Origin: Ginglymostoma cirratum
Taxonomy: Eukaryota
DNA: 64,000 nt
Assembly (NCBI GenBank): GCA_024137785.1
Contig: JAHRHZ010000082.1
Coordinates: 901,442 to 965,441 of the forward strand
Reading direction: 5' to 3'
Shown here: in pieces, positions 1 to 12,760 of the stretch
Layout of the letters: every line of letters starts with the position of its first letter
How positions within the stretch are numbered: position 1 is the first letter of the stretch
Program-made: the position numbers and the translations under genes
Notes under the pieces: model-generated
Database searches by the model: none
What the model was told of the DNA's origin: nothing
Seen by the model: only the letters and a program-made list of their open reading frames with translations

Positions 1-872
1 TCCCCCACCATAGACTTGTCTGGTTTGTGTCATGTTTACTTTGCTCTCAGTAGGGAGGACCCATTCTCTCCCTTTTATACCTCCATTTACACCCATGTTA
101 CATCTCTATTTCTCTTTCACTACTATTAACAACTCCTTTTGCCTTTTGCAATGTGCCTCCAGACCAATTGTTCCAATCCTCTGAACTGAAGAAATCATAT
201 CAGACTCTAAACATTAAATCTGTTTCACCCTCAGAAGATGCTACCAGACCTGCTGGGTATTTCCAGCATTCGCAGTATTTTTTTGTAGTTTTCAATGTCT
301 TGCTTTGAGTATTTACATTAATAATTGATAGGATAAGTTAATCATGGTGATCTTTTCAGTACCTCAAATAAAAACCCTGCAAATGCCATGTCCTCACTAT
401 TTTCACATAAAGCCTACCCATCTTGCTGGAGCACTAAGCACCAACAACCATCCATAGTAATGCTACTAAGGAAGTTGACCGTGAATTTGCTCACTGACCT
501 ATGATCAATCCTGATCGAGCAATGCCTTGATTTTAAAGTTTTTATCCTTATGTTCAAACTATTTTCTGGGTTTGTCCCTTCTATCACTATAACCGCCTCC
601 AACTTTAGAATTCTCTAAGAATTTTGTGTTTCACCCATTTTGGCTTCTTATCATTCTGTTTGACTTCACTGTAGCGACCTGTGCCAAAATTTCCTCCCGA
701 AGCCTTATTCATTTCTCAACTTCTTCTCCTTTAAAGACCTAACAGCACCTTCCTCATTGACTGCTGTCTTAATGTAGCAAAACATTTTACGGTATGAAAG
801 GAGCTGTGTAAGTTCAAGTTGTTGACATACTACTATAGAATCATCTTAGCTAGAAATCCAATTCTCATGGAA

Positions 873-1657
873 TTTTTTTTTTCCTCTTTATTCATTTGTG
901 TGACATGGGTGTACCTGGCTGGCCAGCATTTCTTGCCTTTCCGTAGATGCTCTTGAGAAGGTGGTGGTGAGCTGCCTTTTTGAATCGCTGCAGTCCTCCT
1001 GCTGTGGGTTGACCCACAGTGCTATTAGGGAGGGAATTCCACAATTTTGACCCAGCGACAGTGAAGGAACGGCGATATATTTCCAAGTCAGGATGGTGAG
1101 TGGCTTGGAGGGGAGCTTGGAGATGGCGGTGTTCCCATATGTCTGATGCCCTTGTCCTTCCAGATGGAAGTAATCGTGGGTTTGGAAGGTGCTGTCTGAG
1201 GGTCTTTGGGGAATTTCTGCAGTGCATCTTGTAGATAGTACACACTGCTGCTACTGAGCATCGGTGGTGGAGGGAGTGGATGCTTGTGGATGTAGTGCCA
1301 ATCAAGCGGGCTGCTTTGTCCTGGATGATGTCAAGCTTTTTGAGTGTTTCTGGGGCTGCACTCATCCAGGCAAGTGGGGAGTATTCCATCACACTCCTGA
1401 CTTGTGCCTTGTAGATGGTGGACAGGCTTTGAGGAGTCAGGAGGTGAGTTACTCACCACAGTATTCCCAGCTTCTGGCCTGCTGTTGTAGCCACTGTGTT
1501 TATGTGGTGAGTCCAGTTGAGTTTCTGGTCAATGATAACACCCAGGAAGTTGATAGTCTAGGATTCAGTGATCGTAACACCATTGAATGTCAAGGGATGA
1601 TGGTTAGATTGTCTCTTATTGGTGATGGTCATAGCCTGGAATTTGTGTGATGCAAAT
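873..1657 (-). mobile_element. 5'-truncated non-LTR retrotransposon (CR1/L2 supergroup) 3' end
   Basis: ORF 892-1392 (MEYSPLAWMSAAPETLKKLDIIQDKAARLIG...LWNSLP...RFKKAAHHHLL) is a LINE ORF2 C-terminus; AATAAA and an A-tail lie at about 873-893. Confidence 0.85.
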
Positions 1658-2023
1658 GCTCACTCCAAAGAATGAGGAGGAAATGACAATTAATTTTGAA
1701 AAGTTTTCACATGACAAGAAAAAAGATACACGATTGTATCAATGTGAATGGACCCTATTGGCTGCCATGAGCTAACTGCAATGAGCAAGTAAATGAAATA
1801 CACAGCCAGTTTATAAATTTTAAATTCTGGTTTAATCTCCAGGTTAGACACTGAAGTTCAGATGCACAAATCAGCAAGTGCGTGATTACTTACTGATGTA
1901 ACAGAGTCAAGTGTCTTGCTGACCACAACACTGAATAAACTTTCTGCAATTCCATACTTTTAGCCTGTGGGTCTGTAGGTCAAGTACAACATCAACAAGA
2001 ACTGAAGGCATAACTATGATTTT

Positions 2024-2118
2024 TCTGAAGAAGAGTCCCGAACCGCAACGTCAGCTTTCCTACTCCTCTAATGCTACCTGGCCTGCTGTGTTCCTCCAGC
2101 TCCACACTGTGTTATCTA
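2024..2118 (+). mobile_element. Short Penelope-derived element (family A)
   Basis: CTGAAGAAGAGTCCCGAACCGCAACGTCAGCTTTCCTACTCCTCT..., homologous to 40921-41010. Confidence 0.75.
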
Positions 2119-2546
2119 TTGCATAGCTATCACTTACCAGTAAAGCACAAACTCACCACTAAATGCTGATAATGAATAAATGCTATGAAGCAGTGTTTTT
2201 GACAAGACATGATTCTTTGTGATAAAGCTGGTGTTTACCTCAATGGAGATGTTAAAGCTGAAACATGAAATGAATGCAACATAATGGCTCCTCTCCACCA
2301 CTTCACTCAACAATTTAACTTAAACCCCAATCCCAAAAAGCACTCCACATGAGTGTAATCCTTCTGTTTGCCCAGACTCTCATCAGTAAATCTGCCAATT
2401 TAGCAGTAGTTGTTTCTTTTCCACTGCCCACTAAAAACAGCTTTAGCTGTCTGGCTGGTAACAATAAAGGAGATTTCATGTATTGGATTCAAACTCAGGT
2501 CCCAGAAATAAAAGGAGTCACACATCTTTCTTTCTTCAGAAGAGAT

Positions 2547-2680
2547 CTGAGGAAAAAGAGTCACTGGACTTGAAATATTAACTCTGCTTTCTCTCTGCAC
2601 GTGCTGCCAGACCTGCTGAGTTTCTCCAGCAATTTCTGTTTCTGTTTCAGATTTTCAGCATCCTCAGTTCTTCGTTTTAT
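2547..2680 (+). mobile_element. Short Penelope-derived element (family B)
   Basis: CTGAGGAAAAAGAGTCACTGGACTTGAAATATTAACTCTG...GCTGCCAGACCTGCTGAG. Confidence 0.75.
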
Positions 2681-2812
2681 TATATTGTTCTTGTCAGCTT
2701 GCTCTCAATTCAAGGTGATGTCAAATCAGGATCAGAAGATTCTGCATATGTCTTCATGTGACTGAACAAGCTGATCGTCATTCTGTCGGCTAGATGTCTG
2801 GCCAAATGAGGC

Positions 2813-3148
2813 AGGGGCGGATCAGTGGCTCAGTGGTTAACACTGCTGCCAAACAGTGCCAGGGACCCGGGTTCGATCCCACCCTCGGGTGACTATCTGT
2901 GTGGAGTTTGAACATTCTCCCAGTGTCTGCGTGGGTTTCCTCCGGGTGCTCTGGTTTCATCCCAAAGTCCAAAGATATGCAGGCTAGGTGGATTGGACAT
3001 GCTCAATCGCCCATAGTGTCCTGGAAAGTGTAGGGTTATAGGGATAGAACGTGGGAGTGGGGCTGGGTGGGATGCTGTTCAGAGGGTTGGTGCTGACTCA
3101 ATGGGCCAACTGGCCAACTCCCACACTGTAGGGATCCTCTGATTCTAG
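2813..3148 (+). mobile_element. tRNA-derived SINE (HE1-like)
   Basis: A box TGGCTCAGTGG, B box GGTTCGATCCC, conserved body and tail CACACTGTAGGGAT shared with three other copies in the window. Confidence 0.88.
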
Positions 3149-5418
3149 GATGTCCCACGTGGTAGTGGGATCTGGAGTGCCAGATTTCCTTCCTTCCTTT
3201 TGCTCTGACTTATCATTAAGATGTTTGGACTCAAAGCATGATGCAATTTGACAAAGAAATTGTTGCCACTTTAAATGGAAGGCAGCAAGCTCCTCACAGA
3301 CATTAATCTCAATGTTTCTGTCCTTCATACATTTCAGAGTATCTTTGAAACGTATTGTCCTGTACAGGGAGATGCTTTTCTGCTATTCAGACAGCATAAT
3401 TGGCTTTGTAGGGGCTTTGCCTGAATTTTTAAGGAGCTGACTTCAAGGACACTAACACTTGTTGGATGGCCTCCTGGTTGAGTCTACAAGATATGGGAAT
3501 GGCATTTCTGATAGAATTTCTCTAGCCCTCTTTTGTGTTAATGACGCACAGTCCAGTTCACACAGCAAGATTGAAGTCTTGTGAAAAAACTAGCCAATAT
3601 ATTTCCATATTTTAACAGACGTGGAGACTTAGGATATGACAACTAAAGTCATTTACTGAGGTCTTTTTATTATTCTGTGATGTTAAATATAGAACTTTTA
3701 TTTCAAATGATCAAAAATAAGTTATTTTTAATAATGCATCACCAATCTCCAGCATCACAAACACTCAAATGTTCACTCTGACCTTTAGCAGAGCCAAGAG
3801 TATTGCATCTTAGAAATTCACACACAGTAACTCTATTGTTAATCTGTTAAATCTATTGTAGCAATGCAGGATTATTATAGAGCATTAGTGTCTGCACTGA
3901 CAACACTGATTTGTCATTGCAATAATCTAACCACTAATGCACTTTAATCCATAAAATAACCATGTACCAAACAGTATATGTGTGTGGCAGTAATTATTAC
4001 TGAAGCTGTACTCAGAACAGTTTGATACATGTTTTAGATATTTGTAAAAACATTAAACCTTAGCTCAATTCAACTTATTTTGGGTGCATGCATTTTAAGG
4101 AAATAGCAGTGTACCAACCCAGAGTCTGAACTCCTTATGCACATGTGTAATACCAATGGCAAAAGGTCCAATACAGGACACAGCTGTCACAATTTAAAAG
4201 AAAAGTATTGATTTTATTCTTAAAGGTATTTTAACTATTTTGTTTTCACCATTTTCAATCTTAGTTATCTTGTGCAGTTTATCCATTTCCTTCTTATTTC
4301 AGTACAAATCAGGTCTTGGTACCTCTTTATTTCCCATCTATCTGGCAGTGTATTAAGGTGGGAATGTGTGCACGTTCCCTGGCACCATTACTGACAATGA
4401 GTTCACATTTACTGACAGCACCATGTACCCTTATCGTCCAATGCAAAGGCCTGATACATTTTCCTCTGAGTGAAGGGCTTTATCTCAATGTTTCCTGGTG
4501 GTTACTATGCAGTGGCTTATAAATCTGAGTACACTCATACTTTCTGTTAGTGGAAGGAAGTGCATTATATCATCTGGTGATCAGGTAAAGGGGTTGTCTC
4601 TCTTTCTACTTTGTATTTTAGAAGAGGATCTTTCTACATATCTGTAGGTCTAATGAGCTAGATTGGTTTCATGTTCTCTGGCAGTCTTGGGGAATAGGAA
4701 CCATGCAGGTTCCTTGCTGGTGCATTGGTAGAATTTGCTCATTGACTAATCAACGACTAGAGAAGGGGGTAGCTTTGTTGATTTTTGTTTGGAGGGAGGA
4801 AATTCACTCAAGTTCAGTTCTGGCTTCCTTCCTAAACCATTTTGCCTCTGTCTCTTTCTCTCTCTCCTCCTTTAAAATGATCCTTGAAACTTGACCAAGT
4901 CTTAGGTCGTCTGCCTATATAACTTAAGTTTTATTTTTAATTCACTCTTTGGAAAAAAATACAATTTTTGACGCATTGGAGTTTTAATTTGATGTAGTTG
5001 GCTTGTAGCAAATAATCTTTCTTAGTCTTGTGTTTGGAAATGTCATGTGCAAGTGGATCTACTCTGTTTTGATACTTAATTGAAACTATTTGATGAAATC
5101 CCAATTTCCTCTCATTGCCTGAGGTAGAAAAGAATTGAGCAGGAGAGGGTGTACCTCATCAAATAATGTTTTGCCAAAACCATTTTAGTTGCTGAGACTT
5201 GTCTAAGCTGAATTGGCTTATGTTTAGTGTATGAAATATTTTTGTCTAGTGTTGAATTGTAAATATAGGAAGTAGGAACATTGATCTCTTGGTTTCCACC
5301 AGCTGTAGACAATGACTGCATACATTCTGGGTTGAAGTGCTATGAATCATGAAGATGTAGACTATTATGGTGCAAACTTAATGTTGATTCCCTGATTTTT
5401 AGGTAAGCTAGCCATAAT

Positions 5419-5600
5419 TGGAGAAAAAATCAGAGTTAATGTTTCAGTCCAGTGACCCTTCTTTTCTAGTTCTGAAGAAGGGTCACTGGACCCAGAACGT
5501 TAATTCTGATTTCGCTCCACAGATGCTGCCAAGATTTTCCAGCAATTTCTGTTTTGTTTCTGATTTCCAGTATCCGCTGTTCTTTTGGTTTTTTGTTTTT
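5419..5600. mobile_element. Palindromic family B element
   Basis: Inverted arms centred near 5465; the right arm reads AGTTCTGAAGAAGGGTCACTGGACCCAGAACGTTAATT. Confidence 0.75.
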
Positions 5601-5814
5601 ACACAATTGGATGCAGATGAAATGTCAAAGTGAATGTAATTATAGTATTGGGAATAAAGAGTAATTGTTTCTTTGGTGTGCGTCATGGATCAGCACAGGA
5701 CATCAGCAGTTGAAGATGGCAACTCACCACCACCTTCCCAAGGCAACCACAGACAGGAAATGCTGGCTAGCCATACAGTATTTTTATTGAGAGCAAGCAG
5801 TTGAAGATAATAGG

Positions 5815-6032
5815 TGTAGTGATTGTAACAAGGTCAGTCAGCTGGACCTCATAGATATGAGTTCCCTCATTGGGTCCAATTAGGGAGTCATAGCTGACAG
5901 AGCAAACAGGATGTCTGACACTCCTATCCTTATCTGAGAGCTGGCTCTGAGAGAGCTGGATCAGTGTCAAGCACTCTGTGTAAATAAAGGGTGACTTGGT
6001 TACGGGATACCAGCCTCAGTGGAGTTACTTCA
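5815..6032 (+). repeat. Gypsy 5' LTR
   Basis: Diverged direct repeat of 10907-11139; begins TGTAGTGATTGTAA, contains AATAAA and ends TTCA. Confidence 0.9.
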
Positions 6033-6535
6033 GTGGCAACGAGATTGGGATTAATGATGTAACCATGCAAAAGAGCCTACATCTGAAGCCCAACTGGACT
6101 TCAAACAGGTACTACAACTGGCTTTGTCAAAGGAAAATGCAGCAAGTGGAACATAAGAGTTACAGGACATTCTAGTGGAAATGGATGCCCTTGGCAGTCT
6201 GACTGAGCTTGGGGAACACCACTTGAGTGAAGGCAATTACATAGCCTCACTCAGGAAATATCCTGAGCAGAGGGACTCTAGGTCAGTCCGCAGCAAAATC
6301 CCAAAACAAAGCCATGCCTTGAAAAACGGTTAAAATTATCTTCAGGATCCAGACCATTGTAGTTGCTGCCAGTATGTGGACTTGAGACAGCTAAAGAGTC
6401 CCACTAGACCTAAACTGAGTAAGAGAACTCAGGCCAGTATCCAGGAGAGTGCACTCCCTGGAAAATCCATCTACATCTGGTTTGTAACGGTTAAATTCCT
6501 TAGCAACTTCCAAATTAGAACCAATCAAAATAAAT

Positions 6536-6635
6536 GCTACCTGGAATACACCTCCTCCCACCCACCCTCCTGCAAAAATGCCATCCCCTATTCCCAATTC
6601 CTTCGCCTCCGCCGCATCTGTTCCCAGGATGAGAC
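6536..6635 (+). mobile_element. Penelope-like ORF fragment nested in the Gypsy element, running into the gap
   Basis: Translates YLEYTSSHPPSCKNAIPYSQFLRLRRICSQDE, the typical Penelope RT thumb/linker segment. Confidence 0.8.
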
Positions 6636-7035
6636 NNNNNNNNNNNNNNNNNNNNNNNNNNNNNNNNNNNNNNNNNNNNNNNNNNNNNNNNNNNNNNNNN
6701 NNNNNNNNNNNNNNNNNNNNNNNNNNNNNNNNNNNNNNNNNNNNNNNNNNNNNNNNNNNNNNNNNNNNNNNNNNNNNNNNNNNNNNNNNNNNNNNNNNNN
6801 NNNNNNNNNNNNNNNNNNNNNNNNNNNNNNNNNNNNNNNNNNNNNNNNNNNNNNNNNNNNNNNNNNNNNNNNNNNNNNNNNNNNNNNNNNNNNNNNNNNN
6901 NNNNNNNNNNNNNNNNNNNNNNNNNNNNNNNNNNNNNNNNNNNNNNNNNNNNNNNNNNNNNNNNNNNNNNNNNNNNNNNNNNNNNNNNNNNNNNNNNNNN
7001 NNNNNNNNNNNNNNNNNNNNNNNNNNNNNNNNNNN
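6636..7035. other. Assembly gap (400 N)
   Basis: Run of N. Confidence 0.99.
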
Positions 7036-7302
7036 CAGCCCCATGCTTGTTATCCAGGACCCAGTGGGTCAGTTTGCTTTTGTGGGGATTATAAACAAAC
7101 GATAAACTGCCTTTCGCACCTGGATAAATACCAAATCCCTTGTGTAGAGGATTTATACACAAAGCTGGAGGGGAAATGTCTTTCACGAAGCTGGACATGA
7201 GCCATGCCTACTTGCAACTGTATTTAGATGAGGATTCCCAGAAGTATGCTACAATTAATACCCATAAAAGTTTGTACCAATGTACAAGACTGCCATTTGG
7301 GG

Positions 7303-7401
7303 TTTTGAGGAAGGGTCTCAGACCCGAAATGTTAACTCTGATTTTTTTCTTCACAGATGCTGCCAGACCTGCTGAACTTTTCCAGTAACTTTGTTTTTGT
7401 T
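7303..7401 (+). mobile_element. Short Penelope-derived element (family B) inserted in the Gypsy RT
   Basis: TGAGGAAGGGTCTCAGACCCGAAATGTTAACTCTG...ACAGATGCTGCCAGACCTGCTG; TSD ACTGCCATTTG at 7289-7299 and 7402-7412. Confidence 0.85.
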
Positions 7402-8901
7402 ACTGCCATTTGAGGTATCATCAGCCTGTGCAATTTTCCAATGGATGATGAATAACATTTGATAAGATCTAGCTCAGATCGCCATTTATCTAGATGACGA
7501 GCACTTAGAGAACTTGGACATTGTCCTCAGATGTTTCTCCCAGGTAACCATATGCCTTAGAAGGGAAAAATGTGTGTTCCCTACACCCCAAGTGACCTAC
7601 TTGGTCTATAGTCAACAAGACGAGGTTACACCCATTGGAGGATAAAGTGAGGGCAATCAAAGGTGCCCTGTCTCCCACATCTGTTCCGGAGCTTAGGTCT
7701 TTCCTTGGGTTAGTAAATTCTTACAGGAAGTTCATACATAACCTGGCATCCATCATTGCAACTTTGCATCAACTCTTTAAGAAGGGTCAGCCATGGAAAT
7801 GGTTGCATAGCTAAGCCATAGCTTTCAAGGAAGTGAATGGCACACTGTGATCCCAAGTGAGATCTAGGATTGAAATGCCTCCCCGTACAGCATGGGGGTG
7901 GTATTACCTCATAGGTGGCCCAAGGGAGACGAACACCCAATAGCATATGCATCCAGGACTTTGGCTAATGCAGAGCATAAATACGCCCAGCTAAAGAAGA
8001 AAAGTTTGGCGGTCATACTTGGAGTCAGGAAGTTCCACCAATACCTTTACAGACATAAATTTGTAATAATATCAGGCTACAAACCCCTGTCAGGTCTACT
8101 TAAAGAGGACATGACAGTGTCACCCATAGCTTTGGGCCAAATTCGGAGGTGGACTCTAACACTAAGTGTGTATAATTACAAGTTAGCACACTAGCCAGGA
8201 GGTCAAGTAGCAAATGCTGATGCAGTGAGCCACCTCCTGCTGGCAGATACACCACCAGTGGTACTGCCACTGGAAGAGTCCGTAATGGTTTTGAATTTTC
8301 TGGTCACACTTGCAGATACAGCTGACAATTTTGGGCTTTGGATGCATAAAGATTCAGTCTTGGCAAAAACTGAAACAGCTAGAGGTGATGGGAGCTCAAT
8401 GGCCATCGCAACCAGAACTGAAACCTTTTGGACCTGGAAAGACCAGATCACAGTACAGGATTGCGTATTATTATAGACAGCAAAAGTGATTGTCCTAAGC
8501 AAAGGTCGTCACCAGATACTGGCTGAACTCCACCGGGATCATATAGGGGTTTCCCAAAAGATGATGTTGGCGAGACGTTATGTCTGGTGACCAGGACTAA
8601 ATGCAGGCATAGCCACATTGGTGGGACAGTGCCCAGAGTGCCAACAAGGACAAAAATTACCACCCACTGCTCCCCCCACATTTGTGGGAATGGCTAGGTA
8701 AACCCTGGATTCAGTCACACGTCGACTGTGCAGGTCCTTTAAATGGGCTCAATGATCTTGGTCATTGTGGATGCCCACTCAAAATGGCTGGACATACAGA
8801 GAGTTCATTCATCAAACACAAGCATGACGATAGAAAAACCGTGCACATCTTTTGCAATATGCAGACTCCCAGCAGAGTTGGTCACAGATAATGAGACACT
8901 G

Positions 8902-9210
8902 ATTGAGGTTGTTGACTTACTCATCGAGCCGGTGGGTTTGGTTGCAGACATTTTGTCACTCTGCTAGGTAATATCGTCAGTGTGCCTCTGGTGAAGCGTT
9001 GGTGTTCTGTCCCACTTGTTATTTATATGCCTCGGTTTGCTGGGGAGGTTGGCATTACGTCCGGTTCTGTTTTCAGTGGTTTGTATATCAGGTCCAGTTC
9101 AATGTGTATCTTGACAGAGTTCCAGGGACTGGGACAACACATCCATAATAGCACAAGCCAAACACAGACATCAAACAGAAACCCAAGCTACCAATCTTCT
9201 CAAAAACTTT
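8902..9210. mobile_element. Penelope 3' fragment with internal inversion (family D) inserted in the Gypsy integrase
   Basis: Interrupts VTDNG..TPF. The minus arm encodes NSVKIHIELDLIYKPL followed by a hammerhead-like motif (8947-8980); the plus arm encodes DWDNTSIIAQAKHRH. Approximate TSD AGACACTG (8894-8901) / GGACACCG (9211-9218). Confidence 0.7.
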
Positions 9211-9417
9211 GGACACCGTTTATCAGCAGGGAATTTGAATATTTCCTAAAGTTGAATTGTATTTGACACTTAAGAACAGCTTCGTACCATCTTCATCCAA
9301 TGGTCTGGCAGAAAGAGCAGTCCAAACTTTGAAGGCAGGCTGAAACAATCAGCTTCACTAGATACCAAACCGTGCCAGTTCCTATTTGATTATAGGACCA
9401 CCCTTCATGCTACTACA

Positions 9418-10299
9418 TGTGGTGTAATGGACAATGGAGAAGGTTAACTCAGAGTACAATGGAACCTTGATCAGTTGAGCCAAGGAGTGGCAGATGGAGT
9501 TTAATTTAGATAAATGAGAGGTGCTGCATTTTGGAATGGCAGGTCAGGGCAGGACTTATATACTTAATGGTAGGGTACTGGGGAATGTTGCCAAACAAAC
9601 AGTCCTTGGGGTGCAGGTTCATAATTCTTTGAAGGTGGAATCACAGGTACATGGCCTAGTGAAGGTGTTTGGTATATGGGCCTTTATTAGTCAGTGCAGT
9701 GAGTGTAGCAATTGGGATGTCATGTTGTGGCTGTACAGGATACTGGTTAGGCCACTTCTGGAAAGCTGTGCTGAATTCTGGTCTCCGTGATATTGGAAAG
9801 ATGTTGTTAAAGCTGAAAGGGTACAGAAAAGATTTAAAAGGATGTTGCTGAGGTTGGAGGGATTGATCTGTAAGGAAAGGCTGAGTAGGCTGGGGCTATT
9901 TTGGATGCTGAAAGGTGACCTTTATGGAAGTTTATAAAATCATGAGGGGCATGGATAGGGTGAATAGCCAAGGTCTTTTTCCCAGGGTAGAGGAGTACAA
10001 AACTAGAGGGCATAGGTTTGAAGTGAGAGGGGAAAGATTTAAAAAGGGACCTAAAGGGGCAACCTCTTCATACAGAGGGTGGTGAGTGTATAGAATGAGC
10101 TGCCAGAGGAAGTAGCAAAGGCTGGTACAATGACAACATTTAAAAAGGCATCTAGACAGGTCCATAAACAGGAAGGATTTAGAGTGACATGGGCCAAGTG
10201 CTGGCAAATGGGACTACATTAATTTAGGACATCTGATGGCCTGGGCGTGTTGAACCAAAAGATTTATTTCTGTGCTGTATATCTTTGTGGCTTTATGAT
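9418..10299 (+). mobile_element. 5'-truncated CR1 LINE nested in the Gypsy integrase
   Basis: CR1 ORF2 C-terminal remnants (LYRILVRPLLESCAEFWSP) and CR1 3' tail; splits the integrase between YRTTLHATT and APAELLLGRR. Confidence 0.88.
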
Positions 10300-10906
10300 A
10301 GCTCCAGCAGAGTTGCTATTGGGGAGAAGAATCTGCACCAGATTAAATCTGATCTTCCTGGTCCTGTCAGGGAGGGCTGAAAGGGCATCAGGAACGCCAA
10401 TGCCGAACACATGACTCCGCTAAGCGACAGAGACAATTTACTTCAGGGGATGAAGTCTGGTGTAGTAACCATGGGAATGGCCCTGCATGGAGAACAGGCA
10501 TGGTCAACACAAGGTCAGGTCCAGTGACATACAAAGTTCAGGTAAGTGTGACAATCCTGAACAAGTAAATGGGCCATATGAAAACTGCAAACTCGCAAAC
10601 AGTGCGGTAGCAAAACATTCCCAGCTCCTTGATAGCCTTTCCGACTATTCTGGAACCCATAGCTTCTCCCTCTGTCAAGCGTTGAATGTACCTTGGAATC
10701 TGAGATGGACACGGTTGATGCTGCCACCTCTGCCTCTTGAAGAGAACGGATTTCTTTCAAGACACTCCAGCCGCAAGAGGCAAGCTGCTGTGTGTTGCTT
10801 GGTGCCCATATCAGAGGCAGAGTCGGAGGAACCTGACCCGGTGCTAAAACACCCCGGGCGGAGCTACAAAAAGAAAGGTATGTCCTCGAACTCCGAGGGA
10901 GAGGGA

Positions 10907-11139
10907 TATAGTGATTGTAATGAGGTCAGCCAGGTGGACTACATAGAATAGGAGTTCCCTGACTGGACCAGATTAGCAGCCCCAATCAGGATGCCCAGCT
11001 GAAAGACAACAACAGAAGTGCCAGACATCCTCACACTCTGGGAGCTGTCTCTGAGGAAGCCGGATCAATGTCAAGGACTCTCTGCATGTAAATAAAGTGT
11101 GACTGGTGATGGGGTAGCAGCCTCTGTAGAGTTATTTCT
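10907..11139 (+). repeat. Gypsy 3' LTR
   Basis: Begins TATAGTGATTGTAA after the polypurine tract, aligns along its length with the 5' LTR and is followed by the ATAGG TSD. Confidence 0.9.
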
Positions 11140-12174
11140 ATAGGGATTAATTTCAACTCTACCTGCCCAATAGAAATTAGATGGTTGAGCAGTTAAAATT
11201 GCCCAACTTATTTGGTCTCCCTGAAGTCACCCGGAACGATCAGATCACAATTTGAACCTGCTGGAATGAATGTATGACAAAGACACCTTTTTATCTTCAG
11301 GAACCAAACTGATTTTAAATAGGCAGCTTGAGCAGAAAGCAGCAGGGAGTTTTCTAATAGGTTTTGAGGAAGTCTGGCTTCAGAAGAGGTGTAAAGGTTA
11401 ACTTGATTAAATAAATGTTTTTATGTCCCTCATGGGGATAGGATGAAAAAGACGGCATATTCTGGAAGCTATTCACCTCCCCCGGCCCCGTTGCCTGATA
11501 GTCGTCCCCAGACTACACAACCTTCAACCATTTTCTTCCCAGCTGATAGGTTTGAAATGAGACCCCACTGTTTAAACTAATTGGGTCTTGTTGTGTGATG
11601 GGCAGGGCAAAAAGAAATTAGTTTGCCGGCATGGTTACCCATCAGAAAACTGCTAGCAAATAAAACACAACTGTGCATTTAAACAATTTGAAACACTGTG
11701 CAACACAAATTTGCATCTATTTCCCTACAGTGAGTTACATCATATAATCCTCAAGTACAATCCATTGCACAAACTTTTAAGAAAAGACCAGCTTGGTCTT
11801 TCAGCGGAATACTGGGAGGAGGTGGTGACGTCTGGGAAGGTGATTGATTGAAAAACATTTACAACTGTGTGGAAAAGTTTAAAATATCGCAACTTACTCA
11901 CAACAATTCAATGTTTCATTTAGTCTTTCACCTGCCTGCATGTGAATTGTGCTCTTGGGGTTGAGAAACCTTTTCACTCCAGATGCTCGAACAACAAATG
12001 GATTGGTAAGTTTTTTAAAAATTGTAAACGTATGAGATTAAAACCACAGTGGGTAATTGTAATAGGAATTAAAATTGATGTGGTACAACGGATACAGAAT
12101 TGCTGTTGTGGGATCAATTTAACAAAATCAGTTTTTTTTGGGTGACTGCTTATGCACTGCAGGGGCTTCAGGGA

Positions 12175-12307
12175 TGTATGTGGACTGCAGTGGTTGGAGA
12201 AGGCAGCTCACTACCATCTTGTCAACGGCAACTTGAGATGGGCAATAAAGAATGCAGGCCCAACCAGCAATGCCCATGTCCTATGCGTGAATAGCAAAAA
12301 AAAATTA
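12175..12307 (+). mobile_element. 3' tail of the same LINE family
   Basis: GGACTGCAGTGGTTGGAGAAGGCAGCTCACTACCATCTT...GGGCAATAAAG followed by an A-tail. Confidence 0.7.
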
Positions 12308-12689
12308 AAATGTATTAACTGCTATAGGCCAACGGATGATATATAGGTTTAGGCCACAATCAGCCATGATCTCATTGAATGGTGGAACAGGCTCTAGGGG
12401 CTGAATAGCCTACTCCTGTTCTTTTGTAAATGGTTGGTCTTCTAGCCGAAGGCTCTTTCTTGTAGTTATGAGATCAACAGTCATAGACGCAAGTTAGAAA
12501 CTCATGCAATGGTATACTTGAGTGTATAGAATTCCTGGTTAATTTGTGACTGCAGTTTATGAATACATGGTTGGATATTTACCAGGGTGAGTTACAGAAA
12601 AGAAGAATTTGGGATTAGGACTGAATTTTCATGTTCTTACTAAATACCACTGTAGTAGACATCTATAAAAATCAACATGTTTACACATG

Positions 12690-12760
12690 TTATGGCAACA
12701 GATGGGACTTGAACCCAGGCTTTCTGGCTCAGAGCTACAACCACTACCACTGCACCACAC
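12690..12760 (-). mobile_element. Degenerate tRNA-derived SINE head
   Basis: The minus strand reads GTGGTGCAGTGGTAG...CTCTGAGCCAGAAAGCCTGGGTTCAAGTCCC; a similar remnant lies at 16245-16330. Confidence 0.55.

Larger units (their letters stand above)
5815..11139 (+). mobile_element. Degenerate Ty3/Gypsy LTR retrotransposon with both LTRs
   Basis: 5' LTR 5815-6032 (TG...CA), PBS-like TGGCAACGAG just after it, PPT GAGGGAGAGGGA before the 3' LTR at 10907-11139, and TSD ATAGG at 5810-5814 and 11140-11144. Pol remnants run in the order RT (FTKLDMSHAYLQ, RLPFG, YLDD), RNase H (PIAYASRTL), integrase (IVDAHSKW, VTDN), with many stops and frameshifts. Confidence 0.93.

Noticed and set aside
2813-2890. 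tRNA gene from the A and B boxes
   Set aside because: It continues into a SINE body found in four copies, and I could not fold a complete cloverleaf.
6376-7200. Long ORFs of 175-274 aa in the ORF track
   Set aside because: Artefacts of translating through the N gap; the flanks are Penelope and Gypsy fragments.
10487-10951. 154-aa ORF before the 3' LTR as a possible env or accessory gene
   Set aside because: No signal peptide or transmembrane segment; it lies in the decayed integrase tail and runs into the LTR.
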